Shown here in pieces: positions 26,470-39,099 of a stretch of DNA of 64,000 nt (the first letter of the stretch is position 1; each line of letters starts with the position of its first letter). The notes under the pieces are model-generated. The model had not been told where the DNA came from and did not search any database. It was given only the letters and a program-made list of their open reading frames with translations. The translations under genes were made by a program, and so were the position numbers. This DNA comes from Octopus vulgaris. Lineage: Eukaryota. The stretch is taken from positions 209,126,001 through 209,190,000 of the forward strand of contig OX597815.1 of NCBI GenBank assembly GCA_951406725.2. The letters run 5' to 3'.

Positions 26470-27260
26470 GTAGACATTGAAAGATGATGTTATTATCTGT
26501 TATAACGTAAATTGTAAAAATTCGTGAATTTTGCTTGTCAGCAGTTAACCGATTAATCCAATTTAATTGCAATGACCTAAATTGGAAGTTCTTGATTTAT
26601 TAATATAGGGTGTTTGTGTGCATCGTTGGACAGATCTGGGAATTAACTTCAGATTAGAAGACCTAGGATCATGATAAAATAGATTTCAACCATCCCTTCT
26701 CATCATAGATTTTGTTTTTGCCGACTTTCCCTTGTTATCTAACTCTTCCAGTTATCTAACATTTCTTACACTTCAATTAAGCATCATTACATTTAAAAAA
26801 ATAGTAAGGCATGTTATTTGTCTTTCTCTCTGTTTTGGATATCTTCGCATGCTGTTATTTTCTGTGCATTTTATAATTGGCTTAAACATTATTCTTCTAA
26901 TATATTCCCAATATATTTCATTATGTAATTAATTAGTTTCTTAATCTTAGACATTTGTAATTGGATTTTTTTTTTTCATTTCATATTTCATTTAGTATGG
27001 AAGTAGATTATGCTTATGATCATTTTGTTACTGTTGTTATATTACTATTATTATCTTAATTAAATAATTAAATTTATTGTTTAATTATTTTATTATTATT
27101 TTTTTTTTCATTTAATAAGCCAAAAATGTAGGTGGACTTATTTTCCAGGAAAAAAATAATACTTATCAGATATGTCTGTTTGTAATTTTGCATATGTTCA
27201 CAGAAAGATGCATGATCATATATATTACACACACACACACACATATACACACACATATAT

Positions 27261-27301
<41 letters not shown>

Positions 27302-27328
27302 CACATATACATACATACATACATACTA

Positions 27329-27399
<71 letters not shown>

Positions 27400-28616
27400 T
27401 ACATGTGTATGCTGCCGTGTATTTTCTTAAGTCGAGGCGTATTTTCATATCTACATATGTAATGTCTTTAATATCTTTGCAACAATGATGCGCTTCAAAT
27501 CAAGAAGCCATAAACATCATCCTTCGTTATCATCATCATCAACATCATCAACATCAACATCATCTTCATTCATGTTAAATATGTTTTTCCATTCTAACAT
27601 GGTTGGAAGAAATTCCTAAAAACAACAGCCTTCCACGCAAATTATTTTCCGAATATTCAATGCTCTCTTTCACCACATTTGGGATCTTCAAGTACTGTAT
27701 TTCGCTGCTGAGGTGTGGTTAGAGTTTCCAATACTGGATGGCTCTTCTATTTGTCAACAGCTGTTGTAATACAGACTACACATGGTTATAGGGAAAACGG
27801 TAATAGAAAAGTACTGTAAGAGACTGCAGGTTCTATGCTAATTTGATTAAGCTGACCAGATTTATCATTCACTTCAACTCTGGAGAACTAAATTTTCCAG
27901 CTTAGGTAGCTTTCTTGAATTGCATTTTATATTCCTGTAAGGGAGATAATCTGATGCAGGTCAGCTGTGTGCATTACAGATACCAGCATTAATGAAGTTT
28001 GCTATTATACCTTGTGGCTTCACAAAGCTATATGAAGCAATACACTTGTGCTGCTCTTTACATTAAGCACTGTCACAAGGAAAAATTTACTGTTAAGGTT
28101 AGTTAGCTTTATAGCAATGCAGTGAGGTGGTAAGATGTACCATTTTAGGGGGCGGGGAATGCTGTTCTCATCAGTTTTTGTGAAGGGCAAAATAGAATGT
28201 TAACTAAAAGTGAAAAGAAAAATAAAAAGATAGAGAACAGAAATTTTTTAAGTGAATCCTGAAGAAAATAATATATTTTTCCAATTGAGCCATTGTTTCA
28301 TAAGTCTTTCAGAAATTTGTGATATTCTCTCGGTTTCTAAAAATTTTGTAAAAATAAAACCTATTTGAATCTATTTGGCAATGAAAAACTGTGTATTATT
28401 TGAAGAGATTGAACTTACCGCTTAACATAAAAGTGTTGGTCATCTAGATTGGACTTGTCATCTTGCAAAGATTATAAATATTAGAACTTTGTTACAAATT
28501 ACATGTTTTGAGTCAAGGGTCAGGGACTATTTTTACAAGAAAACCTGTTGCATTTAATTCAGCTGTTAACCTGGTCACATATTGAAAAATTCGCACACAC
28601 ACATACACGCACTCAC

Positions 28617-28941
28617 ATCATCATCATCATTTAGCGTCCGCTTTCCATGCTAGCATGGGTTGGACGGGTCAACTGGGGTCTGTGAAGCTGGAAGGCTTCG
28701 TCAGGCCCAGTCAGATCTGGCAGTGTTTCTACGGCTGGATGCCCTTCCTAACGCCAACCACTCCGCGAGTGTAGTGGGTGTTTTTTACGTGCCACCTGCA
28801 CTGGTGCCAGACAGAGCTGGCGAACGGCCACGAACGGATGGTGCTTTTACGTGTCACCGGCACGGGGCCAGGCGATGCTGGCAACGGACACGAACGGATG
28901 GTGCTTTTACGTGCCACCGACACAGGGCCAGACAGAGCTGG
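28617..28941 (-). mobile_element. RTE 3' UTR copy (family B)
   Basis: (CAT)n tail, ctggatgcccttcctaacgccaaccac core and tandem units. Confidence 0.85.
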
Positions 28942-29028
28942 CAAAACAAAACAGGAAGCTGGAAAAAAATTTTTGTTTTTTTTAATTTTCCACTATAAAT
29001 GATTCATTTGCTAATACAATAATATATA

Positions 29029-29437
29029 GGCATAGGAGTGGCTGTGTGGTAAGTAGCTTGCTTACCAACCACATGGTTCCGAGTTCAGTCCCACTGCATG
29101 GCACCTTGGGCAAGTGTCTCCTACTATAGTCCTGGGCCGACCAAAGCCTTGTGAGTGGATTTGATAGACGGAAACTGAAAGAAGCCTGTCGTATATATGT
29201 ATATGTATGTGTGTGTGTGTGTGTATGTTTGTGTGTCTGTGTTTGTCCCACCAACATTGCTTGACAACCGATGCTGGTGTGTTTACATCCCCGTAACTTA
29301 GCAGTTCGGCGAAAGAGACCGATAGAATTAGTACTAGGCTTACAAAGAATAAGTCCTGGGGTCGATTTGCTCGACTAAAGGCGATGCTCCAGCATGGCCA
29401 CAGTCAAATGGCTGAAACAAGTAAAAGAGTGTAAAAG
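29029..29437 (+). mobile_element. SINE family A, full length
   Basis: ggcataggagtggctgtgtggtaag ... gtaaaagag. Confidence 0.9.
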
Positions 29438-29653
29438 ACAAATCACAGAATTGTCCATGCTGGATAAACTTGTTGGAAATTTCCTTTAAATTCTTCATAG
29501 AATCAAATAATACAAGATTTACACTTGGATGAAGCATTTATATATAGTTAGTAACCAGGGCACAGCTTGGATTTTCCCCTACCTGCATAATGCGCACATA
29601 AAAAATATGTCACTTTACTAATTACCGCTCTATTCATCTGAAATAAAAATATA

Positions 29654-30063
29654 GGCGCAGGAGTGGCTGTGTGGTAAGTAGCTTGCTAACCAACCACATA
29701 GTTCCGGGTTCAGTCCAACTGCGTGGCATCTTGGGCAAGTGTCTTCTGCTATAGCCCCAGGCCGACCAATGCCTTGTGAGTGGATTTGGTAGACGGAAAC
29801 TGAAAGAAGCCTGTCGTATATATGTATATATATGTATGTATCTGTGTGTGTGTTTGTGTGTCTGTGTTTGTCCCCCTAGCATTGCTTGACAACCGATGCT
29901 CTTGTGTGTTTACGTCCCCATCGCTTAGCGGTTTGGCAATAGAGACCGATAGAATAAGTACTGGGCTTACAAAGAATAAGTCCCGGGGTCGATTTGCTCA
30001 ACTAAAGGCGGTGCTCCAGCATGGCCACAGTCAAATGACTGAAACAAGTAAAAGAGTAAAGAG
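29654..30063 (+). mobile_element. SINE family A, full length, with a flanking direct repeat of about 108 bp
   Basis: 29546-29653 is repeated at 30062-30169 with about 4 differences. Confidence 0.9.
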
Positions 30064-33000
30064 TTAGTAACCAGGGCACAGGTTGGATTTTTCCCTACCT
30101 GCATAATGCACACATAAAAAATATGTCACTTTACTAATTACCGTTCTATTCATCTGAAATAAAAATATAGAAAGTTAGGTAACAGAATCCCAGATAGCCA
30201 ACTAATAGGATTTAGTGGACCCTGTATATGTAGTCAAGACCATTAACTCTCAACAATGAACTTCGTGCTTTTACTGTGTGCTCTGAGCAGTGTTATTCAT
30301 TGTTGTAAACATCATCTGGATGTGAAATTGAAACTGATTTATTGGCCACAATTATGGCTTCACTTGATCATGTAGGTACATTTACCCTGATAGATTACTG
30401 ACTTATTGAAGGTGAGAATTCTATATCTTCTACTCGACACAATAGATACTGGAAATAATCACCAGCCCTATAAATTTCTCATTCGAGTGTTATACATTCA
30501 CTGTCTTTAATATACTTGTAACTGCTTAAAATTAATCTTAGGCAGCAGCATCACTATTTAAATGTGATTTACAAGAGAAGTAGATTGAAATTTTGAAATA
30601 TTATATGTTAATCCTGAAGACGTAATAATGAATGAAAGTTTGGCAAATGCACATTTGTTTAATGTAGGACATTATATACATAAAACATGCACATGGACCA
30701 GTGGTTAGGGCATCAGACTCACAATCGGAGGATCGTGGTTTCAATTCCCAGACCGGGTGTTGTGTGTGTTTATTGAGTGAAAACACCTAAAAAAGCACCA
30801 CAGGGCTCTGGCAGGGGGTGGTGGCAACCCCTGTTGTACTCTTTCGCCACAACTTTCACTCTCTTTTCTTGTTTCTTGAGTAATGTTGTGATGGACTGGT
30901 GTCCTGTCCAGCTGGGGGGAACACATATGCTACAGAAACCGGGAAACCGGGCCCATGAGCCTGGCTAAGCTTGAAAAATGCGAGGTTTTTTTATGTACGT
31001 TTTATGGATGGATAGTAGTGCTGTGCATCACAAATTTTTGGTGGTGGTGGTCATTGAATGCCCATCATCATCATCATCACCGGTCAGTTGGTGTCAGTTG
31101 GAGTTTTTCTGGGGCAGTTGTCTTCTGGCCAGACATCCTCCATGTTGCTAACCCTCATTCATTTTCAAGTAAGATCATTTTCTCTTTTACCTCCTGGATG
31201 GACATATTTTCATGGAAGACCAAAAATGAATGACACTGCTTGTATGATAGTGACACTCGCTTACGACTATAATGTGACGCCAAGCACACACCACACCCAC
31301 CACCACCACCACACACATTGAATAGACTCCTTGTGGTTTCTTTGTGGCAAATCCACTCACAAGGCTTTGGCTGACCCTGTGCCAATATATTTGATATGTT
31401 TATTATTGAACACATGACCAAGTCGCAAGATAGGAATTATCTTCTCATTAGTTCTTAGATTATATTAACCTTCCAAATTATTAGGATCGTTACTTATTTT
31501 CTTCCTTCAAACAACAGTTTTTATTTCAACTGAAGTAGATAAAATTTTCAATAGTAGCAAAGAATACTACATTTAGTATTAGTGCTTTTTTTTCTTTTGT
31601 TGTTGTTGTTGTTTTTTTTATCATACTTAAAATGTGTTCTCTTTTTGGGAAGCTTTCTTTCACTGTTTATGACATTTTTTTCAATCTGTCATGTGTCAGG
31701 AAATGTGTGTTCCCAGACCCATTAGCTGCTATAATTTACTAAGATACTAAAGTAATGTGCACCTTGGAGAGGGATGCAATATAACTTCTGATGGCAACCA
31801 TAAAACAATAATGTTGGTACCAGAATGACTGCCTTCTGGCAATGAAATTGTTATAAAAACTACAGTAATTCATTAACATAAACTCCAGTAAGAAATTTAT
31901 TCTATTCATCACTCTCTCCCTCACATATAACTAAAACAGTCTTAATTGCTTTTTTTTTTTTTTCTTTTTCCCTCCATTTTTTTATAGCTTTTTGTTGCTT
32001 AAACATTGTAAGCTAAAACAAAGAGAAAAATAACATACAAACAACCAGGTCTTGGGGTGGCCAATTGCATTACTTGCTTGCACGTGTGAGCTTGTGCATT
32101 TGTGTCAGCAGGCATTAGAAAGTTGTAATGAGCAGTTGACATTGTCATGTGAAATTTAAGTTTTTAGAATATTGATACGCAGCAAAATATAGATTGGCCA
32201 CCAAAGGACATTTTCCTTTTAGCCATAAAAGATTTTGTTTGGTAGTATTGGAGTCGGTGTTATAAGGTTAATAGATAGCAATTTATTCGCGACAGAAAAG
32301 TGTGAAAATAACTTTATTATGGAACTCATCAGTATGAAATTTAATGCAGAAATATTTTGCAACAGGCATTGACTGCTTCACAGCTGCAGTGGATGCATCT
32401 CTGAAATTATTCCCTCTGGGGAAGTGAAAGCAGTTAACATGTTTACCATTGACAGAGAAAGCACTTTCAGCCTGTAAGAGGAAATTATTGCCTTGACTGC
32501 TCCATAACCTATAATCAATCCTGAAATATTAACTCTTACTTAATTGATATGTTAAGCTTGATTGTCTTTGTTCACATTAGCTAGAAAGGGCAAGTCTTGA
32601 TGTAATAATCCGTTCTTAAGCTATATCATGTAAATTTATTAGAATTGTGATTTTCATCGCTCGCTCAAAATTTCCAGTACATCTTTTGTCTTGTGTTTCA
32701 GCAATTACATTTTGTGAATTTAAAGTTACTTAACTATGCTAATTTTAGGCCATGCTTTTATAAAGGGCAGGTACAGTAAAGGAAGAGCTCTAACGAACCC
32801 AATACATGTTTGGTACTAATTTTACCAATGCCAAAATCATAAAACACAATGTTGGCCTGTATTAAAATGTTTCGGGCTTAATTAAATACTGTAAACTATT
32901 TAGTCTAACCCTCTTCTTCTTTTCTATTTCTATCACTCCAATACTTTTGTGAACTTAAATGTGCAACTGATATGAAGATGCCTTCAGATCATATTAGCTA

Positions 33001-33196
33001 TCTCCTCATTGATTATTAAATGGCCTTTGGTTCAGCTATGAACAAGGAGGAAGACTTTCTGCAATTTGCAAATAACATTTCAATTTAAGGCATTTGTCAT
33101 TTTGGGAAATGAACGCATTTCATGTAGAAAAGCTGAGAATGTGTGTGTGTGTGTGCTTGTCTTCTCTCTTCTTCTTGGTTCAGTCATTGTACTCTA

Positions 33197-33581
33197 GGAG
33201 GTGCAATGGCCCAGTGGTTAAGGCAGCGGGCTTGTGGTCGTAGGATCGCGGTTTCGATTCCCAGACCGGGCGTTGTGAGTGTTTATTGAGTGAAAACACC
33301 AAAAGCTCCACGAGACTCCGGCAGGGGATGGTGGTATTCCCTGCTGTACCCTTTCACCACAACTTTCTCTCACTCTTACTTCCTGTTTCTGTTGTACCTG
33401 TATTTCAAAGAGCCGGCCTTGTCACTCTCTGTGTCACGCTGAATATCCCCGAGAACTACGTTAAGGGTACACGTGTCTGTGGAGTGCTCAGCCACTTACA
33501 TGTTAATTTCACGAGCAGGCTGTTCCGTTGATTCGGATCAACCAGAACCCTCATCATCGTAACCGATGGAGTGCTTCCATC
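33197..33581 (+). mobile_element. SINE family D, full length, nested in a minus-strand SINE-A-related element
   Basis: tggcccagtggtta (A box) and ggtttcgattcc (B box); 11-bp TSD cattgtactct. Related heads at 30690 and 49333. Confidence 0.85.
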
Positions 33582-33627
33582 CATTGTACTCTGGTCATGC
33601 TAGGACAGCACCTAAAATGGTTTAGTT

Positions 33628-33857
33628 CAGGATTCAGGGAACTTTTTTAACCAATTATCCCAAAATGTATTTACTTACGCCAACGTTACTCCCTTGGATT
33701 TGAAAGGTAAAAAAAACATAGAATCTTTGAATTCCAAAGGTTTATTGAAGGAACATGATTTTTATATTATTTTACTTATGCCAAATGAGTCCTCATTACC
33801 CCCAAGAATTTCATTTTTACCCCACTTGGGGTAATTTACCCCGGTTCACCGACCCCT
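33628..33857. mobile_element. hAT-type MITE
   Basis: Degenerate TIRs caggattcagggaac / gttcaccgacccct, preceded by gtttagtt. The right TSD is lost. Confidence 0.55.
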
Positions 33858-34008
33858 TTTTTTAAAGCCTAGTACTTATTTTATCATGCTCTTTACTGAA
33901 CTGCAAAGTCATGGGAGACATAAATAAACCAACACTAGTTGTCAAGCAGTGGCAGGGACAAAGGGACAAACACATAGCCATATTCATTTACATATATATA
34001 TATATATA

Positions 34009-34650
34009 CGAAGATGTGCAAAAAGGTTCCTGGCTTTGGGTAGAAAAAAATACAAGAAGATCAGTTAATTATGATTTTATTCAATATATTCCCTTCTCAG
34101 ATTCACACACTTATTGCAGCGGTCCTTCAGTTTTACTAGGTCTTGTAAGAGAAATAACATATAAGCATTTTTAGAGATGTAACGTATAAGAGCCATCTCA
34201 ATATGGCTAACCACAAAGGGGAGGTGTTACTGTAGCTTTTTACGTTCTGAGATTTAATAATAAATTTTTAGAGAGTTACTTCCCTTATATATGCCAAAAA
34301 TGCATTAAAAATGGGAAAAATTTATGGTAAATTCTTCTTAAAATCGTAGACTCATCGTAGACGCGCGCTAATACCCAGAAAGGCTTGATATGAATCACGA
34401 CTATAAGATACCAGGTTTTGGTTAAACTGCACCGCAAAATGTGGGAGTAGTTAGGAATCTAAATCGTAGGAGACAGACAGCACGCAACCTCTCTTTTATA
34501 TATAAAGATATTCCCTTCTCAGATTCATACACTTATTGCAGCGGTCCTTCAGTTTTACTAAGTCTTGTAAGAGAACTCAAAAGGTTTGGCCTCTAACCAG
34601 GCCTTTTGCAATATCCTTCAAGTCAGGAAATTTTCAGCAGCACCCCCCCA
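34009..34650. mobile_element. Tc1/mariner MITE (family of 8572) containing a Helitron 5' fragment (34155-34508, minus) between 68-bp direct repeats
   Basis: 34086-34153 is repeated at 34508-34575. The insert begins TCTTTATATATAAAAG on the minus strand, similar to the Helitron end at 54729. Confidence 0.7.
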
Positions 34651-35981
34651 CCCCACCGCCTTATGTGTGTGTACCTCAGTGTGCGTGTGTGTTTCATTCA
34701 GTTTCAGTTCACATAATATACACACACACACACACACATGAGATAGTGATGACAGAGGGAAAATTTATATACATAAACGTACATGTAAAAAGGAGCACTC
34801 CATCGGTTATGACAACGAGGGTCCCAGCTGATACGATCAACGGAACAGCTCTGCTCGTGAAATTAACGTGCAAGTGACAGAGAAATCCACAGACACGTGT
34901 ACCCCTAACATAGTTCTCACGGAGATTCAGTGTGACACAAAGTGTGACAAAGCCAGCCCTTTGAAATACAGGTACAACTCATTTTTGCAGCTGTGGACTG
35001 CAGCAATGTGAAATAAAGTGTCTTGCTCAAGGACACAGCACATAGCCAGGAATCGAACTCACAACCTTACGACCATGAGCCGAATGTCCTAACCACTAAG
35101 CCACGCACCTTCATATATATGTATGTATATATATATATATTTATAGATAGATAAATATTTACACACAAATACACACACACACACACACACATGAGATAGT
35201 GATGACAGAGGGAAAATGCATAATTATGTTTCTGCTTTAAGATGCAATGGGATCTTATTGAGTACTGAAAACATCCTGTAGCTTCCTTAGAACCTCTGAT
35301 GAACCTTATAGCAGAAACACCTGAAGCTGATGAAGTTAATAACATAACCACTGTTTTTCCTGTGCTAGATCTAACACTTTGTTCTCAAACGTAGTATATT
35401 GAGTTCTGCACCAGGTCATATTTCTAAATGAAATACATATATATGTGTGTGTGTGTGTGTGTATGTATGTGTGTGTGTGTGTGCATGCATGTATATTTCA
35501 TTTAGAAATTGCAAGGCAATGACCTGGTGCAGAACTCATGTATTTATGTATATACTCATATGTATACACATACACATATGTATATATATATATATATATA
35601 TATGAGTGTGTGTATATACATACATGCATACACACACAAATATATACACACACACATATATGTATATATACATATATATATGTATGTATATATACATATC
35701 TATACACATGTATATGCACACACACACATATATATATACACATATGAAGATATATGCATCTATATATATGTAAACTTGTAGCCAGACATTTTGCAGACAA
35801 TTTTTTCTCTTGTCTTCCTTTTTAACATTTTATTGAAAAGTCATCTGGATGAAAGCATTCAACCAGAAAAAATAAGCATTGAAATATTTGGCAGGGAGGA
35901 AGGCATTGTGGAATGATCCTTTTAAGAACTGAAATTCGTCTATACTATGATTTCAATATCATTTTTTTTTTTTTTCTATAG

Positions 35982-36016
35982 AAAAGCTCTTCTATCTGTT
36001 CCGATTCCGCCATTTG
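35982..36016 (+). CDS. Candidate short coding exon ([11 protein letters not shown])
   Basis: Very strong poly-T ctatag| acceptor. The donor is uncertain (g|gtcaaa, or t|gtagtt further on); both are phase 1 and fit exon 41115. The upstream phase-2 exon was not found. Confidence 0.45.
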
Positions 36017-36142
36017 GTCAAACATTCAATACCAGATTTATTTGTAGTTAATGGCTCCATAAGTGATACAATGTTATTTTCAACTCTACCACTTACATGG
36101 CTTCGGCTGAATTGCTTCACTATCTTTCTTTTACTCACAATA

Positions 36143-36204
<62 letters not shown>

Positions 36205-36268
36205 CATATATATATACATATATATATGTGTGTGTACATATATTTATATGCTTATATATGTGTATACA

Positions 36269-36310
<42 letters not shown>

Positions 36311-36361
36311 TATATTTATATGCTTATATATGTGTATACATATATATATAGAGAGAGAGTA

Positions 36362-36397
<36 letters not shown>

Positions 36398-37062
36398 ACT
36401 TATAAATATGCATGCACATGAACACACTCAAATGCACACTTGCAGAACAAACACATTTTTTTAAATTTTGGTATATATACATATAATGTAAGTGGTACTC
36501 CAGCATGGCCGTAGCCAAGTGACTGAAACAAGTAAAAGAATAAAAGAATAGTATATATATATTTATATTTATATTTATATGTCTACATATATTTATGTGC
36601 ATATATGTGTGTGTATATATATATATATGCATGCACACACATATATATATTCGCTTTCTTTTCTTTCTTTCTTTTTTCCCTGTTTTGCGGTTATCAACCT
36701 CAGTGCGTAATTCTTTTGTTAACACAACAAATGAAACAGACATCTCTACTCAACTTGATAAACCATATGTTGTACAGAAAGTTATTGCCTACCTATAAAC
36801 TCCAGTGCAGTATTGGAAATAAATAAACAGAAAGTTATTACAGATTATTTAAGTATCTCTTGTATTAATTTCCTAACTTTCAATGGAGGGGGGGGAGTTT
36901 GTGTTTGTCGAGACTGGTTTGTTTTCTTTGTTAGTCGAAAATTATATTAATTATGTAGAAATGTTTCTTTTGTGCTTGTTTTGTTTTCGAAAATTGTATA
37001 TATTAAGCAGATGTCTAAAACTATTTACAATATATTGCAATCTACTTCTCACACACACACAC

Positions 37063-37110
<48 letters not shown>

Positions 37111-37114
<4 letters not shown>

Positions 37115-37330
37115 TAGTTTTATTTTTATAGCGTCCTTTCACTTCACTACTGAGTGCAGCTCTGTGTGCCTTGGGTATGTGCTGTGATTTGTTGTGATGC
37201 TCTGATGGTTATTGTATGGAAAGTGTTCTGCGTAGGATGTGTGCAGTGCCTAGTAGTGCAATTTTCTGTATGTTATATGTGTTTGTAAGTCCTGGTGTTT
37301 TTGTTATGTATTTGTCTGAATATTTTTTTA
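37111..37330 (-). mobile_element. R4/Dong-clade non-LTR retrotransposon 3' end inside (TAA)n
   Basis: Minus-strand peptide KKYSDKYITKTPGLTNTYNIQKIALLGTAHILRRTLSIQ*, a 3' UTR of about 100 nt, and (TAT)n on both sides. Confidence 0.8.
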
Positions 37331-37370
<40 letters not shown>

Positions 37371-39099
37371 CATTATTATTATTATTATTATCATTGTTAT
37401 TATTATAACAAAATTCAGCTGGTATGAATTTTGTTTTCTATCCTCTTGGGGTTAATATAAGTACTAATCAAGCACTAGCATTCATTGATGACACCAATCA
37501 ACCCTTCCCCAAGATTTCAGTCCTTGTGCCATGAAGGATTATTATTAGTTTTTTTTTATCTCAGTTTGTTTTCATTCCTTGCTGAGTATCTTTGCAACAT
37601 CTAGAGCAAAGAAACTTTGGCCCTTGTGCCAATGGCACGTAAAAGCACCCACTATTCTCTCGGGGTGGTTGGCGTTAGGAAGGGCATCCAGCTGTAGAAA
37701 CTCTGCCAGATCGGATTGGAGTCTGGTGCAGCCATCTGGTTCACCAGTCCTCAGTCAAATTGTCCAACCCATGCTAGTATGGAAAGTGGACATTAAACGA
37801 TGATGATGATGATTATAATTATTGTTATCATTATTATAGTAGTGAACTGGCGGAATCGTTAGCACACCATACAAAATGCTTAACGGTATTTCACTTGTCG
37901 TTACATTCTGAGTTCAAATTCCACTGCTCTCATCCCTTTGAAGTCAATAAATTAAGTACCAGTTGCGTACTGGTTTCGAACTAAACAACTGCCCCCCCCC
38001 CCAATTTCAAGCTTTGTGCCTATTGTAAGAAAGGTTTATTATTATTTTGAGGAGGGCAAGTCGATTACATCGACCCCCCTCCTCCCCCCAAATATCAAGC
38101 CCTGTGGCTTTAATAGAAAGAATTAATTGGTGAAGAGTCACATAAATCCTTCTTTTAAAATATTATTATTATTATTATCAAGTCGGTGAGCTGATAGATT
38201 TGTTATTGTACCAAATGAAGTTCTTAGTGGCATTTCGTTCATCCTTAATTTCTGAGTTTAAACTCTACTGAGGTTGACTTTGCCTTTCATCCTTTTGGTT
38301 CCATGAAATAAATAACAGTTATGCACTGGGGTTGATGTAATTGACTAGACACTTCCCCCAAAATTTCAGGCCTTTTATCATGATTATTATTATTATTGCC
38401 TTTTATCATCATATCTATAAAAGGGAGGATGTGTGTGCATGCGTTTGTGTGTGTGTGTGTGTGTGTATGTGTACGTGATTGTAATTTATGCACATCCACA
38501 AATTCCAAACAAAAACGATTTTATTCCCTTTATCGATCGCATTCTCACCTGGAATCGATTTTTGTAATTTTTTCAAGACTTACACATGCCCTGATACCGT
38601 CGGTATCTATATATCAAATTTGAGCACAATCGGATGGAGGATGCCCGAGATCCTAGAAGACACACAGAACTGATTTTATATAATATATATATATATCTGG
38701 GTCCCTTGGCCTCTTGAGATAAAGTTTGACAGTTGTTCTGCTGATGACTCCTATTGTGGCAGAAACTCCCATGCTTGACCATCCCTCTTGCACTCAGTCA
38801 GTGGACCTGTGCTATCCCTTAACAACATGTCAACTTTTGAGAATTCTTGATTCTTGTGATAATCTCTTTCTCATTTGGAGCTGCAGCAGAGGCAATTTTA
38901 ATAAACCAAGAAGTTATGTTCTTTGTATGCGTGTGTATATTTATATATATATGTGTGTTTGTATATTTGTATGTGTGTGTATATATTTATATATGTACAT
39001 ATGTGTTTGTATATGTGTATATGCATGTATGTATGTATGTGTGTGTGTATACATGTTTATGTGTATATATGAATATATATGTATGTGTTAGTTTTTGTA

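Noticed and set aside
33197-33270. tRNA gene candidates (also 29654, 49333, 59750)
   Set aside because: A and B boxes are present, but each continues into a SINE body and lacks a complete cloverleaf and terminator.
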